Shown: positions 1 through 9,163, counted from the stretch's first letter. The stretch: 51,360 nucleotides of DNA from a virus (IMGVR_UViG_3300032103_000073), one strand, 5' to 3'. Made by a program: numbers and translations. Notes: a model not told the origin generated them from the sequence alone.

Positions 1-1
1 A

Positions 2-583
2 TTCGAGTATCACGCTGACATGGCTCGTTATATGGGCTATGGGCAAGAGTTCCAGGATTTTAAAATCAACGTGCATATCTCAGGTAAGCAAGGCCCAGAA
101 GGTATCCGACGAGCTTACCAAAAACTCAGCACAGAAGCACGTAATTGTATTACTATTGAAAACGACGAGATTTCTTGGGGCATTGAGAGTAGTTTAGAAT
201 TAGCAGATATTTGTGCATTGGTCCTAGACATCCATCATCACAATATATACGCCGGCGAATACATTGAAGCAAATGACGATCGGATTAAAAGGATTATTGA
301 TAGCTGGCACGGTGTTAGGCCTGTTATACATTACTCCATGTCTCGTGAAGACTATCTTATCGGGCACTCCTGTGATGAACGTCCCTCCTATCACACGCTA
401 ATCGAATCGGGTTATAAGCGCGGCAAGCTCAGAGCACATAGTGATTTTATGTGGAATCACGCATTGAATACATGGGCATATACACATAATGAATGGGCCG
501 ACGTGATGGTAGAAAGCAAAGGAAAAAATCTTGCTAGTTTTAAATTAGCAGAGTTCTGGAAAAGCCTCGAAAATCATGTGTGA
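2..583 (+). CDS. uvsE: UV-damage endonuclease (UvsE/UVDE), 5'-truncated by window edge
   Basis: Motifs ITIENDE, LVLDIHHH, P-V-I-H-Y-S, RAHSD and DVMVESKGK are typical of the UVDE TIM barrel; the frame is open to the window start. Confidence 0.85.
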   Translation, partial: FEYHADMARYMGYGQEFQDFKINVHISGKQGPEGIRRAYQKLSTEARNCITIENDEISWGIESSLELADICALVLDIHHHNIYAGEYIEANDDRIKRIIDSWHGVRPVIHYSMSREDYLIGHSCDERPSYHTLIESGYKRGKLRAHSDFMWNHALNTWAYTHNEWADVMVESKGKNLASFKLAEFWKSLENHV

Positions 584-635
584 TTTATTTTTAAGTCTAA
601 AACATACTCCCCATCTAATAAAGTAAAATAACTAA

Positions 636-794
636 ATGAATCAAGCAACACTCGAGCAAGCGGCTGCTGAGTTGATCGAAATGTTTGGCGACAAGTTGCC
701 TGACCCCGATCATTGCCCAAAAGAGTTCGAATATTACTTTCGACTTTACCTATATGAGAAAAAACTAAATGAGTCTGCTGACAAATCTGTTTGA
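636..794 (+). CDS. small hypothetical protein (52 aa, MNQATLEQ...LPDPDHCPKEFEYYFRLY)
   Basis: Manually translated ATG636-TGA794; fills the gap between uvsE and the next gene; below the ORF-track cutoff. Confidence 0.6.
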   Translation: MNQATLEQAAAELIEMFGDKLPDPDHCPKEFEYYFRLYLYEKKLNESADKSV

Positions 795-1398
795 AGCATT
801 GTCTGATTTTGGAGCTAGTACATCAAGTGAAAAATCCGATCGCAGTCCAAAGCTAGAACCAACTTTAAAAAATATCGTTCATGTTATCTATCAACAGACT
901 ACCGAACGGTCAGGCCCGTGGATTGCAGGCGGCATGGGTAGGCAAATTGCCATTGGGGAATCTAACTTTAACGACATTGACGTTTGGTTTAAGGATCGCC
1001 AACAACACGACGAACTAGCCAACAAACTACATGACACGTTTGGCTATGAAATGTATGAAAAGTTTGCCAGCGATAATGCTACAACTTTTCGAGTAGGCGA
1101 TTTTACCGTGCAACTTATCAAGCGCAAGTGGTATCCTAGTTTAGAAGCAGTGTTTGCAGATTTTGACTTTACCTGTTGTCAAGTTGCAGTCAATGATGAT
1201 TTAACTGCCTACGGTCCGGGATTAAAGGATGCTGCTGATAAGATTTTAAAACTTAATCGATTTGATGAACGAGCATTTCTTGCACGTTATGCCAAATACG
1301 TGGGCTATGGCTATGCTATGGATCCAGATGAATTTATCCAAATCATCGAAAATAATACTATGAATTATGAATTCGACGGTACAACTCTCGGATACTGA
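769..1398 (+). CDS. nucleotidyltransferase, CCA-adding/poly(A) polymerase head-like
   Basis: WIAGG-x-x-R...DID motif plus FDFTCCQ, which resembles the RDFTIN motif of class II NTases. Confidence 0.6.
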   Translation: MSLLTNLFEALSDFGASTSSEKSDRSPKLEPTLKNIVHVIYQQTTERSGPWIAGGMGRQIAIGESNFNDIDVWFKDRQQHDELANKLHDTFGYEMYEKFASDNATTFRVGDFTVQLIKRKWYPSLEAVFADFDFTCCQVAVNDDLTAYGPGLKDAADKILKLNRFDERAFLARYAKYVGYGYAMDPDEFIQIIENNTMNYEFDGTTLGY

Positions 1399-1756
1399 AA
1401 TACTAGAAGCCAAGCTGGTAGCAAAATTAAGCGGACGCCCTGTACATGTAAAAGGCGATGTATTTGTTTGGCACGATCATTTAATTGACCGCGCAACTGC
1501 TATCGTAGCCCTGTTAAAATCTAACAATCAAGTGCCAGTTAGCGATCATGTTAAGATGCAAATGCATGAAAACTTTTATCGAAAGTTTAAACAATTCGAA
1601 GAAACCGAAGATCTAGTGTTTAATGATATAGATAAAGATCCGCCTGCTAGTGCTAGAATTTGGTTTAACTTTGTCTGTAGGAAAATCAAAACAACTCAGG
1701 ACATTTTACCAAGTGAGCAGGTCAAACAGATCTTGCTCGACCTGCATAAAAATTAG
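1367..1756 (+). CDS. hypothetical protein
   Basis: 129-aa ORF overlapping the upstream gene, co-oriented. Confidence 0.6.
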   Translation: MNSTVQLSDTEILEAKLVAKLSGRPVHVKGDVFVWHDHLIDRATAIVALLKSNNQVPVSDHVKMQMHENFYRKFKQFEETEDLVFNDIDKDPPASARIWFNFVCRKIKTTQDILPSEQVKQILLDLHKN

Positions 1757-1785
1757 TATCAACTCACTAATTTTTCTTGCTAAAA

Positions 1786-1817
1786 ATGTTGCATCGCAAC
1801 ATAAATAATAGTATAAT
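1786..1817 (+). promoter_or_regulatory. sigma70-like promoter (TTGCAT-17bp-TATAAT) overlapped by palindrome ATGTTGC-ATC-GCAACAT and a TAAATA late-type box
   Basis: -35 at 1789-1794, -10 at 1812-1817, perfect 7-bp inverted repeat at 1786-1802, TAAATA at 1802-1807. Confidence 0.6.
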
Positions 1818-1874
1818 AGAAACATACAACGCTCAATAGAGGTTGTAGTAAACTTGCTTAATAAGGAGAAAACT

Positions 1875-2144
1875 ATGTTTACAATCGATCAAACCGTTGA
1901 TACAATCCAAGGTGCTAAGAAGCAGTTCGTTAAGACTTTCGTCACTAACGAAGCAGTAGCAGGCGCACTAAATTCTTTCGTAGATGCACAAGCCGACTAT
2001 ACAAAGAAGGCTGCAAAAGTTGGTATGGATACTTTTACTACTCTTGCTAGCGAAGCAACTAAAAGCGTTCAGAACGCAATGAAATTTGACTATGTCAAAT
2101 TTGGTGAAGGTGTAATGAAAGCCTACACTAATTTAAGCAAATAA
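1875..2144 (+). CDS. phasin-like amphipathic helical protein
   Basis: AAGGAG RBS before ATG1875; small Ala/Lys/Thr-rich helical protein (FVDAQADYTK); the family call is pattern-based. Confidence 0.5.
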   Translation: MFTIDQTVDTIQGAKKQFVKTFVTNEAVAGALNSFVDAQADYTKKAAKVGMDTFTTLASEATKSVQNAMKFDYVKFGEGVMKAYTNLSK

Positions 2145-2164
2145 TAAAAACTTAACTTAACTTT

Positions 2165-2203
2165 AACCCCGGCTAAATATACTATTAGTCGGGGTTTTTT
2201 TAT
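2165..2203 (+). terminator. intrinsic terminator hairpin containing a TAAATA late-promoter box
   Basis: AACCCCGGCTAA...TTAGTCGGGGTT stem followed by a T-run; TAAATA at 2174-2179. Confidence 0.7.
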
Positions 2204-2204
2204 T

Positions 2205-3305
2205 ATGCGTTTATTTGAATTAGAACAGCCAGCAGTTGGCGATATCCTAGAAATAGAACTAGGTGATGAAATTGTCGAAGCCGTTATTACTGCTATAGAA
2301 GATGGCGAAATCGTTGCCGAAACAGACAATCGTCAAGGTGCTAGGCTATTAGCAGAAAGCTATGGCCGTTATTATTGCAGTACTGATAAAAAGTGGAAAG
2401 AGCGAAAAGGTCCTAAGCAGACTAGAGAAGGTGTGGCGGAAGCCTCGAGAGGCACTGGCAATCCAGGTATGCCAACCCCATACGACCAAGGTCGTGATGA
2501 CGCTAAAAAAGGCAGGGCATATGATAATCCATATGACCAGCCAGGTGAAGAACAAGAGCATAGCCAATATAAGAAAGGTTATGAACAGGGTAAGAAACCA
2601 GGTGTGGCGGAAGGCTCCAATAACATAGAAGTTGGTGATAAGATTACTTGGTGGTATAACAAGTTTCATCCCAACTATGAAGGTATTGTTCGTAGAGTAA
2701 GCGGCAACACCGTTGATGTATATGCTCCCGGATCTGGTTCTATGTATCGCTTGTCTAAAGAGGATATTAGAAGCCACGAAAAGAAAGGTGTGGCGGAAGG
2801 CGGTCCTTTCAGTTATGGTGCTAAAAAACCACGCCAAGGTAGTGTAGCAGACCTAGCAGCAAAGAAACGCAAAGAACAAGATAAAAACTATAAGCCAACT
2901 GAACCACGAGATCAACGGGTTGGTGTTGCTAAGGTCACGAAAGGCGTGGCAGAAGCACATCCTAACAGCAAAATCTACGACAAGTGCTGGGATGGTTATG
3001 AAAAGGTTCCAGGTAAAAAGCGTGGCGAAGCAGGTAGTTGCGTTAAAGAAGATGAAATAAATGAAGCCGAATATCAAGGCCGCGAAGTTAAGTTAGGCAA
3101 ACCTGTTAGAGGAGGAACTAAAAAATTTCACGTTTATGTTAAAGATCCTAAAACAGGAAATGTTAAAAAGGTAAACTTCGGCGACCCAAATATGTCTATT
3201 AAGAAGTCTAACCCTAAACGACGAAAGAGCTTTAGGGCAAGACATAATTGTAGCAATCCGGGACCCAGAACAAAAGCACGTTATTGGTCGTGCAGAAAAT
3301 GGTGA
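2205..3305 (+). CDS. modular putative internal virion protein with four GVAE junctions and a basic C-terminal domain
   Basis: MRLFELE leader; GVAE at nt 2430, 2601, 2787 and 2943; C-terminal ...KKVNFGDPNM...RKSFRARHNC...ARYWSCRKW. Confidence 0.7.
   Translation: MRLFELEQPAVGDILEIELGDEIVEAVITAIEDGEIVAETDNRQGARLLAESYGRYYCSTDKKWKERKGPKQTREGVAEASRGTGNPGMPTPYDQGRDDAKKGRAYDNPYDQPGEEQEHSQYKKGYEQGKKPGVAEGSNNIEVGDKITWWYNKFHPNYEGIVRRVSGNTVDVYAPGSGSMYRLSKEDIRSHEKKGVAEGGPFSYGAKKPRQGSVADLAAKKRKEQDKNYKPTEPRDQRVGVAKVTKGVAEAHPNSKIYDKCWDGYEKVPGKKRGEAGSCVKEDEINEAEYQGREVKLGKPVRGGTKKFHVYVKDPKTGNVKKVNFGDPNMSIKKSNPKRRKSFRARHNCSNPGPRTKARYWSCRKW
2430..2955 (+). repeat. in-frame dispersed repeat GGTGTGGCGGAAG (4 copies, unique 156-186 bp periods)
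   Basis: Exact copies at 2430, 2601 and 2787; variant GGCGTGGCAGAAG at 2943. Confidence 0.9.
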
Positions 3306-3937
3306 TTAAACTAACAGACAATAGGTTCAATCCTGAACCTTATTGGACGCAGCCAGTTGCTAAGTTAGTCTACTTGCCTACCGCAGAAGATGTTGCACTG
3401 TTTGATCAAAACGGCTACGACCTTACACAAATAGAACAGCACTTTGCCTACGGCAATTACATTAAACCAAAAAAGCATAGAGAACATATACGCTGCCTTA
3501 AAGAAGATTGGTTTACACAAGACTATAAGATAGAAGGTGCAGTGTTAAATCACAGCAACTTATTTGAGCGTAAAGGCTATGCAGGACAGGCTCTAACACA
3601 GTTAAAAGAATGGGCTCGTGATCTCCCTTTGCTTAACAAAGTTATTGCACTAAGGCCCAAGTGGGGATTAGATTTTAGTATGGACTATGTCGACCGTCAA
3701 GGTAATGCATTCGAAGTTCTGCACTGGGAATACGATGGTTTCGATTACGAAGAAGTGCAAGTGCGTAAACTGCAAGTACAGGCCAAGTTCGCTACAATAG
3801 ACTGGGATGATGCAGCAGTACACATACTTAAAAGAAAAGACCAATGGCATCATTTAGACTTCTTCGACCAAAGCCGTTGGAAGTGTGATTATTTTGGGAT
3901 ACCAAACGAACGATTTAAAATGGTTGCTTGGCAATAA
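3299..3937 (+). CDS. hypothetical protein
   Basis: Long ORF with typical codon usage, overlapping the upstream stop. Confidence 0.7.
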   Translation: MVIKLTDNRFNPEPYWTQPVAKLVYLPTAEDVALFDQNGYDLTQIEQHFAYGNYIKPKKHREHIRCLKEDWFTQDYKIEGAVLNHSNLFERKGYAGQALTQLKEWARDLPLLNKVIALRPKWGLDFSMDYVDRQGNAFEVLHWEYDGFDYEEVQVRKLQVQAKFATIDWDDAAVHILKRKDQWHHLDFFDQSRWKCDYFGIPNERFKMVAWQ

Positions 3938-3945
3938 ATAACATT

Positions 3946-4386
3946 ATGAAAAAACTACTCACTTTACTACTATTAGTGCCAGCACTAGCTATGGCACAAG
4001 CACCTAAACAAAAACCCGGTGTTGTTTACGACTGGAAAATCAACCGCGTTGTCGACGGAGACACTGTTGAAATTGCTACTCCGTGGACACCCGATCCATT
4101 ACCAAAGAAGATGAGCATTCGTGTTTTTGGTGTTGACACTCCTGAAAAAGGTTTCCGTGCAAAATGCCCTCAAGAAGATCAACGCGGACAAGCAGCAAGT
4201 GCATTTACTAAAAAAGTCATTACAGAAAGCAAAGTAGCTCAAGTTATGATTATGGACTGGGACAAATATGGCGGACGTATGCTGGGCGATATTTTACTAG
4301 ACGGCAAGAGTCTACGCAGTATGCTAATTGCCAACGGATTTGCTCGTGAGTATTATGGCGAAGCAAAAACCAGCTGGTGTAACTGA
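3946..4386 (+). CDS. thermonuclease (SNase-like) with signal peptide
   Basis: RVVDGDT, IRVFGVDTPE and DKYGGRML motifs; N-terminal MKKLLTLLLLVPALAMA; TAAATA at 3935. Confidence 0.9.
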   Translation: MKKLLTLLLLVPALAMAQAPKQKPGVVYDWKINRVVDGDTVEIATPWTPDPLPKKMSIRVFGVDTPEKGFRAKCPQEDQRGQAASAFTKKVITESKVAQVMIMDWDKYGGRMLGDILLDGKSLRSMLIANGFAREYYGEAKTSWCN

Positions 4387-4525
4387 TAAAGATTTACCCA
4401 GGTGGTTTGAATTATACCACACTGCATGGTTTTTACTATTAATTGCAGTGTGGTATTTCTTTGGCTTTACCGGTGTGCTTTTATTTTTATTAGTAGCAGG
4501 CGCTGGATTCTTAACCTTTGGTTAA
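4355..4525 (+). CDS. small membrane protein
   Basis: Hydrophobic C-terminal half; fills the gap before the convergent gene; start uncertain. Confidence 0.45.
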   Translation: MAKQKPAGVTDKDLPRWFELYHTAWFLLLIAVWYFFGFTGVLLFLLVAGAGFLTFG

Positions 4526-5241
4526 AGTTTTTCGTAGACAAAATACAATCTATCATTAGCGTCCTTTTTAAACTCTAACAATTTTAAATTGTACGTGTCT
4601 GCAAATTCTTTAACTACTTCAAACGACCAAGGAAATATATCAACATACGGACCTGTTTTATGTGCGATGCCGGGATTAGCTCGCAGATAGAAACGCCCTT
4701 TTGCATTCAATACAGCAACACATTTAGCAAAACGAGCTTCAATTTCATCTTTACTATTAAAGTTAATGCTTCCTAAAGCAATAACAATATCATGATTGCC
4801 TACATAATCTAAAATATCCACCATGTAGTCTGCTGCATCGTTGTATGGATCAATACCGACAATATTATTAATACGCCCTTTAAAAGGATGATATCCGCAG
4901 CCCACGTCTAATACGCTACGTGGATTTAAGTTGTTGACTTCTTCAGCTAACTCCCAGCCTGTGTAGTCATAGTCGCCCGTACGAGGACGCCATATCTCTC
5001 CAAAGAACCTATTAATATAACGTTCGCTTAAATCAGCAGTAATATCTTTTAATGTACCAATGTAATCACAAGGTAAACTTAGTTCAGCTTCTACGGCATC
5101 TTTAAACTTTCTATAGCGTGCTGGCGTCCAGGGCAAGCCCTGGACTATAGTATTTTCATCTATAGAAATTTTTGCATACTTGGATAAATTAAATGCAAGT
5201 TGTAGATTTTTTTGTAAAAGAGCGAAAATTTTTGTGTTCAT
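4522..5241 (-). CDS. class I SAM-dependent methyltransferase with N-terminal extension
   Basis: VLDVGCG and GIDP motifs; likely start MNTKIF at 5241, because the longer ORF overlaps the Bug gene. Confidence 0.8.
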   Translation of the reverse strand: MNTKIFALLQKNLQLAFNLSKYAKISIDENTIVQGLPWTPARYRKFKDAVEAELSLPCDYIGTLKDITADLSERYINRFFGEIWRPRTGDYDYTGWELAEEVNNLNPRSVLDVGCGYHPFKGRINNIVGIDPYNDAADYMVDILDYVGNHDIVIALGSINFNSKDEIEARFAKCVAVLNAKGRFYLRANPGIAHKTGPYVDIFPWSFEVVKEFADTYNLKLLEFKKDANDRLYFVYEKL

Positions 5242-5314
5242 AGTAAAAATTTTGAATGATTGGATAAATATTTTTATAAAACTACTTATTAGTTTAATCC
5301 ACAAAAGAGAGATT

Positions 5315-6277
5315 ATGAAAAAATTATTATTAGCAGCACTAATAACACTCAGTACTAGTGCTATAGCGTTTACAGCACCAAAAACAGTTAACGTAACAGT
5401 CGGATATGCTCCAGGCAGCGGCAACGAAACTAGCTTTAGAGGAATTGCTGCAATTGTAGAGAAAAACAATCCCGCTACTAATTTTATTATAACAAATAAA
5501 CCCGGAGCCGATGAAGTCATAGCATTGAATTATTTTATGAAACTACCCGGCGACGGACATAACTTGTACATAACAAGTCAGCAGGGAGTCTTTACAACTA
5601 TAGAGCAATGGTATCCAAATCAAATGCAATTTAATCCCATGGACATGGAACTAGTTACAACTATTGCTAAAAGTCCGTTGGCAGTTATTGCAAACATAAA
5701 CAGCCCTACTAATACTCCGCAGGAATTATTAGAGCGTCTTAAAAATACAGACAAGCCTATTTCTTTTGGTCTAGGTGCAAGTGCCCATAACTTGGTATTT
5801 GAATATTTAATGGACAAGGGTGATGGAAATAGAGATCAAGTAAAAAGTATAAAATACAAAGGTCCGGCGCAAGCTGCACAAGATGTAGCTGGTAATCAAG
5901 TTGAATTTGGTATAATGCCCACTGCTGTTGCCTATGGGTTATACAAAGCAGGGAAAATCAAATATATTGCGCTAGCAAGTGAATATAAATTGTCTCAATT
6001 GCCTAACGTTCCTATTTGGAAAGACTCTGGCATGCCTGGGCTAAACATCTACGGTGCTTGGATGATTGCGTTACCTCCAGGAACTCCTAAAGAAATAGTT
6101 AAGCATTATCAAGATGTTTTTGTACCTGCAATTAAAAGTAAAGAAGCTAAAGAATTTTTTGACAATAATTTAATGATTCCAGTAGCAGCAGAGCAAAGTC
6201 CAGAAGGTGCTAGAAAATTTATTTTAGAAATTCGAAAGCAATGGATTCCTTACGTTAAGAAAATGAAATTAGACTAA
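5315..6277 (+). CDS. Bug/TctC tripartite tricarboxylate transporter substrate-binding protein
   Basis: Signal peptide; VGYAPGSG, NKPGA, YKGPAQAAQDVAG, LPNVP and PPGTPKEIV motifs. Confidence 0.85.
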   Translation: MKKLLLAALITLSTSAIAFTAPKTVNVTVGYAPGSGNETSFRGIAAIVEKNNPATNFIITNKPGADEVIALNYFMKLPGDGHNLYITSQQGVFTTIEQWYPNQMQFNPMDMELVTTIAKSPLAVIANINSPTNTPQELLERLKNTDKPISFGLGASAHNLVFEYLMDKGDGNRDQVKSIKYKGPAQAAQDVAGNQVEFGIMPTAVAYGLYKAGKIKYIALASEYKLSQLPNVPIWKDSGMPGLNIYGAWMIALPPGTPKEIVKHYQDVFVPAIKSKEAKEFFDNNLMIPVAAEQSPEGARKFILEIRKQWIPYVKKMKLD

Positions 6278-6903
6278 TGAAATATATATTCGTAGCCGGT
6301 GCTCCTGGCAGTAAATGGAGCAGCGTAGCAAAAAACATTTATTACAGTCCTGATGTTGATCGCAGTGACTACAGCGATGAAAGAACATACTATCACGATG
6401 CTGGTGGTGAAATGCAACTTATGCACTTAGGTGCATATTTTGACCCTGGTATGGAGTTCGAGTTACCTGATAATCTTTCTTCTCTAACTAAAGAACAAGC
6501 AGAAGAATTATTCGACAAACCATTCACAGGCCAAGGAGTTAGAATTGTTAAAAGTCATATCTTCTCATATAAAGAAAATTTGGAATTTCTTAAACAGCAC
6601 TGGCCTGATTGCTTTATTGTTTTGGTTAACCGCAGTGACGATAGTTGCCTTGGTTGGTGGGTAAAGTGCGGGCATTTTAATATTACGTACCCAAGCTACA
6701 GTAAATATTACAAAGATTTGCCTACTATGGCAAAAATAATACAAAAACAAAATGATGGTATTTTATATTATGTTGTAAGTGCTGATGAAACGCAATTACC
6801 CCTTGATAATTTAGAATTATGTGACTTATTAAATATCGCACATCCTCCTGCAGAGTACACACAAACTTATCCGTTATCTGACATAAAGGTAGTAGTAATA
6901 TGA
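6277..6903 (+). CDS. P-loop/sulfotransferase-like protein
   Basis: N-terminal IFVAGAPGSKWS, IVKSH and LVNR pattern resemble the sulfotransferase fold. Confidence 0.45.
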   Translation: MKYIFVAGAPGSKWSSVAKNIYYSPDVDRSDYSDERTYYHDAGGEMQLMHLGAYFDPGMEFELPDNLSSLTKEQAEELFDKPFTGQGVRIVKSHIFSYKENLEFLKQHWPDCFIVLVNRSDDSCLGWWVKCGHFNITYPSYSKYYKDLPTMAKIIQKQNDGILYYVVSADETQLPLDNLELCDLLNIAHPPAEYTQTYPLSDIKVVVI

Positions 6904-7547
6904 AATCCAGCTGGGAAGCAACAAAACAATCAAGCAATTATCATTTTGATAATTTTAAAAATGATCCCGAACAGGATCGTATTATTAAATTAGGACATAT
7001 AGAACCTATATGGGCAGAAGATGTTGCTGGTATAATCAAGCAGTCCAGGCCGTCTACTTGGAAAACTCGAGGCTATAAAGGCCAAGGTGTAGAGGCACCA
7101 AGAGAAGATCAAGTTGCAGAGGAAAATGATTTAGAAGCACAAGGCTACGGCAAAGACTATGTTATTACACACATCAATTGGCAGTTGCCAGATAGTCTAA
7201 AAGCAGTTGTTGATAACTTTGCACTCAAAGATTGCATGTCACGATTGCACATACAAAAGCCAGGAGAAGTATGGAACCTGCATATCGATAAGTTACAAAA
7301 ATGGGCACCGGAGAATCCTGAAACTATCCTACGAGTTATGATTCACTTAACAGACTGGGAACAAGGGCATTTCTGGAGTTATGGTAACTACGTACATACA
7401 CAATGGCATGCTGGTGATGTGACTACTTTTGATTGGGCAAACTTACCTCACAGTACAGCAAATGCCGGGCATAGTCCTCGAGTTACGTTGCAGTTAACAG
7501 GTGTTCGTACAGAAGCAACCGAACAATATCTAGCTAGCATTCGATGA
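6900..7547 (+). CDS. 2OG-Fe(II) oxygenase-like protein
   Basis: H-x-D (LHID) ... distal His (PHSTAN) ... RVTLQLTG cupin strand. Confidence 0.7.
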   Translation: MKSSWEATKQSSNYHFDNFKNDPEQDRIIKLGHIEPIWAEDVAGIIKQSRPSTWKTRGYKGQGVEAPREDQVAEENDLEAQGYGKDYVITHINWQLPDSLKAVVDNFALKDCMSRLHIQKPGEVWNLHIDKLQKWAPENPETILRVMIHLTDWEQGHFWSYGNYVHTQWHAGDVTTFDWANLPHSTANAGHSPRVTLQLTGVRTEATEQYLASIR

Positions 7548-8170
7548 AAACAATGTTAATACTAACAGGGCCACAAGGCTCTGGTAATCATATGTGGAGT
7601 AAAGTTTTTAGTTTACATAAAGATGTATATGGCTGGGACGAATTAAATTCTACTTATTGGATTGGGCACGACCGAGAACCTTTTAATGAATACTGGAAAG
7701 ACCCTACTAAACTTAAAGAGTTCGATTGGTCATTGTCTGATTACTATATAACAAGTATAAGTGTACCTTACATAGAGAATGGTGTTACTACAGTTCCTGC
7801 GTTTGATAAATTTATCAGTCAATTAGAGCAATTAGGTATTAAAGTAATCATCGGCGTTATCGGTAGAGATAAAAACATTTTAGCCATGCAAGAACAACGA
7901 CTACGCGGCGGTCTAACTTATACAACAGCTTTAGAATGTTTTCGACGATTGCCTTTAGATCAAATTTATTTCTTAAGTCATGAACTATTAATTTTATACA
8001 GACAACAATATTTAAATAAGATTAGCAACGATTTAAAGTTTCCTATAGATACTAACAACATAAAAATAGAAGAAATTTTAAAAGACAATGCAAATAAAAA
8101 ATATCTCAAACCGATTTCGGAATATTGGGTAGACAATTTAGCAAAAAACAGTTCAAGGAAATGGCGATGA
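7544..8170 (+). CDS. P-loop/sulfotransferase-like protein
   Basis: LILTGPQGSGNH; IGRD; SHE. Confidence 0.45.
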   Translation: MKTMLILTGPQGSGNHMWSKVFSLHKDVYGWDELNSTYWIGHDREPFNEYWKDPTKLKEFDWSLSDYYITSISVPYIENGVTTVPAFDKFISQLEQLGIKVIIGVIGRDKNILAMQEQRLRGGLTYTTALECFRRLPLDQIYFLSHELLILYRQQYLNKISNDLKFPIDTNNIKIEEILKDNANKKYLKPISEYWVDNLAKNSSRKWR

Positions 8171-8964
8171 AACAAGCACAACGAATTCTTATAATGGGCT
8201 TACCAGGCTCAGGTAAAACTTATCTGGCAGAACAGTTAAAGAAACGATTAAACGAATGTAATAAAACTGTAGGCTGGCTTAATGCAGATGCCATCCGTAG
8301 TCATTACAACGATTGGGACTTTAGTCGAGAAGGTCGTATTAGACAAAGTTTGCGTATGCGGGAATTAGCAGACGAATCTAACACAGATTATTGTATTGTT
8401 GATTTTGTCGCACCTTTAGTAGAGATGCGAAATAATTTTAAAGCAGACTGGACGATTTGGGTAGACACAATTAAAGAAGGTCGCTACGAAGACACTAATA
8501 AAATGTTTGTTGAGCCTGAAGTTTATGATTTCCGTATAACAGAACAAGATGCCGAAAAATGGGCAGATTTTATTGCAGAACATATTGTAGATAATCGTCG
8601 TAGACCTCGTTTTGATTGGCAAAAAGAAACTGTACAAATGTTAGGGCGTTGGCAACCATGGCACGCAGGCCATAGAGCATTATTCGAACGTGCAATTGCA
8701 AAAACTGGTCAAGTATGTATTATGATTAGAGATTGTCAAGGCTGGAACGGCAGCAATCCGTTTGCTATTAAACAGGTTAAAAATTATATTAAACGAGATT
8801 TGGACCCGTTATATCAAGGGCAATATGAAATACAAGTGGTTCCTAATATAACAAACATAACCTATGGCAGAGATGTAGGCTATACAATCACACAAGAAAC
8901 ATTTGACGAAACTATCACTAGCATAAGTGCAACTAAGATTCGTAAGGAAATGGGTATTGAGTGA
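8167..8964 (+). CDS. adenylylsulfate kinase-like domain fused to an HxGH nucleotidyltransferase domain
   Basis: MGLPGSGKT, LNADAIR and FSREGR (CysC-like); C-terminal GRWQPWHAGH...ISATKIR. Confidence 0.8.
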   Translation: MKQAQRILIMGLPGSGKTYLAEQLKKRLNECNKTVGWLNADAIRSHYNDWDFSREGRIRQSLRMRELADESNTDYCIVDFVAPLVEMRNNFKADWTIWVDTIKEGRYEDTNKMFVEPEVYDFRITEQDAEKWADFIAEHIVDNRRRPRFDWQKETVQMLGRWQPWHAGHRALFERAIAKTGQVCIMIRDCQGWNGSNPFAIKQVKNYIKRDLDPLYQGQYEIQVVPNITNITYGRDVGYTITQETFDETITSISATKIRKEMGIE

Positions 8965-9163
8965 TAGCACTGGCAGAAGTATTGCAAAAACTGTAAGCTG
9001 GAGAATAACTGGCAGTAGTGCTACGTTTGCAATTAGTTACTTAATATTAGGCGATGTAAGCGTATCCGGAACTATTGCTATAATACAATTAACATTTAAT
9101 ACTGTACTATATTTTATACACGAACGGCTTTGGGATAAAGTTTCGTGGGGCAGGAATAAATAA
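8957..9163 (+). CDS. DUF2061-like small membrane protein
   Basis: RSIAKTVSWRI...YFIHERLW..V.WG; probable TTG start. Confidence 0.75.
   Translation: MSDSTGRSIAKTVSWRITGSSATFAISYLILGDVSVSGTIAIIQLTFNTVLYFIHERLWDKVSWGRNK

Noticed and set aside
2430-2955. GVAE repeats as a CRISPR array
   Set aside because: Repeats are only ~13-20 bp, the intervening segments are 140-300 bp, all are in frame within ORFs, and no cas genes are present
5242-5520. N-terminal extensions of the methyltransferase (to 5520) and Bug protein (from 5180) in the ORF track
   Set aside because: They would overlap head-to-head; the downstream ATGs at 5241 (-) and 5315 (+) give sensible proteins, including a signal peptide
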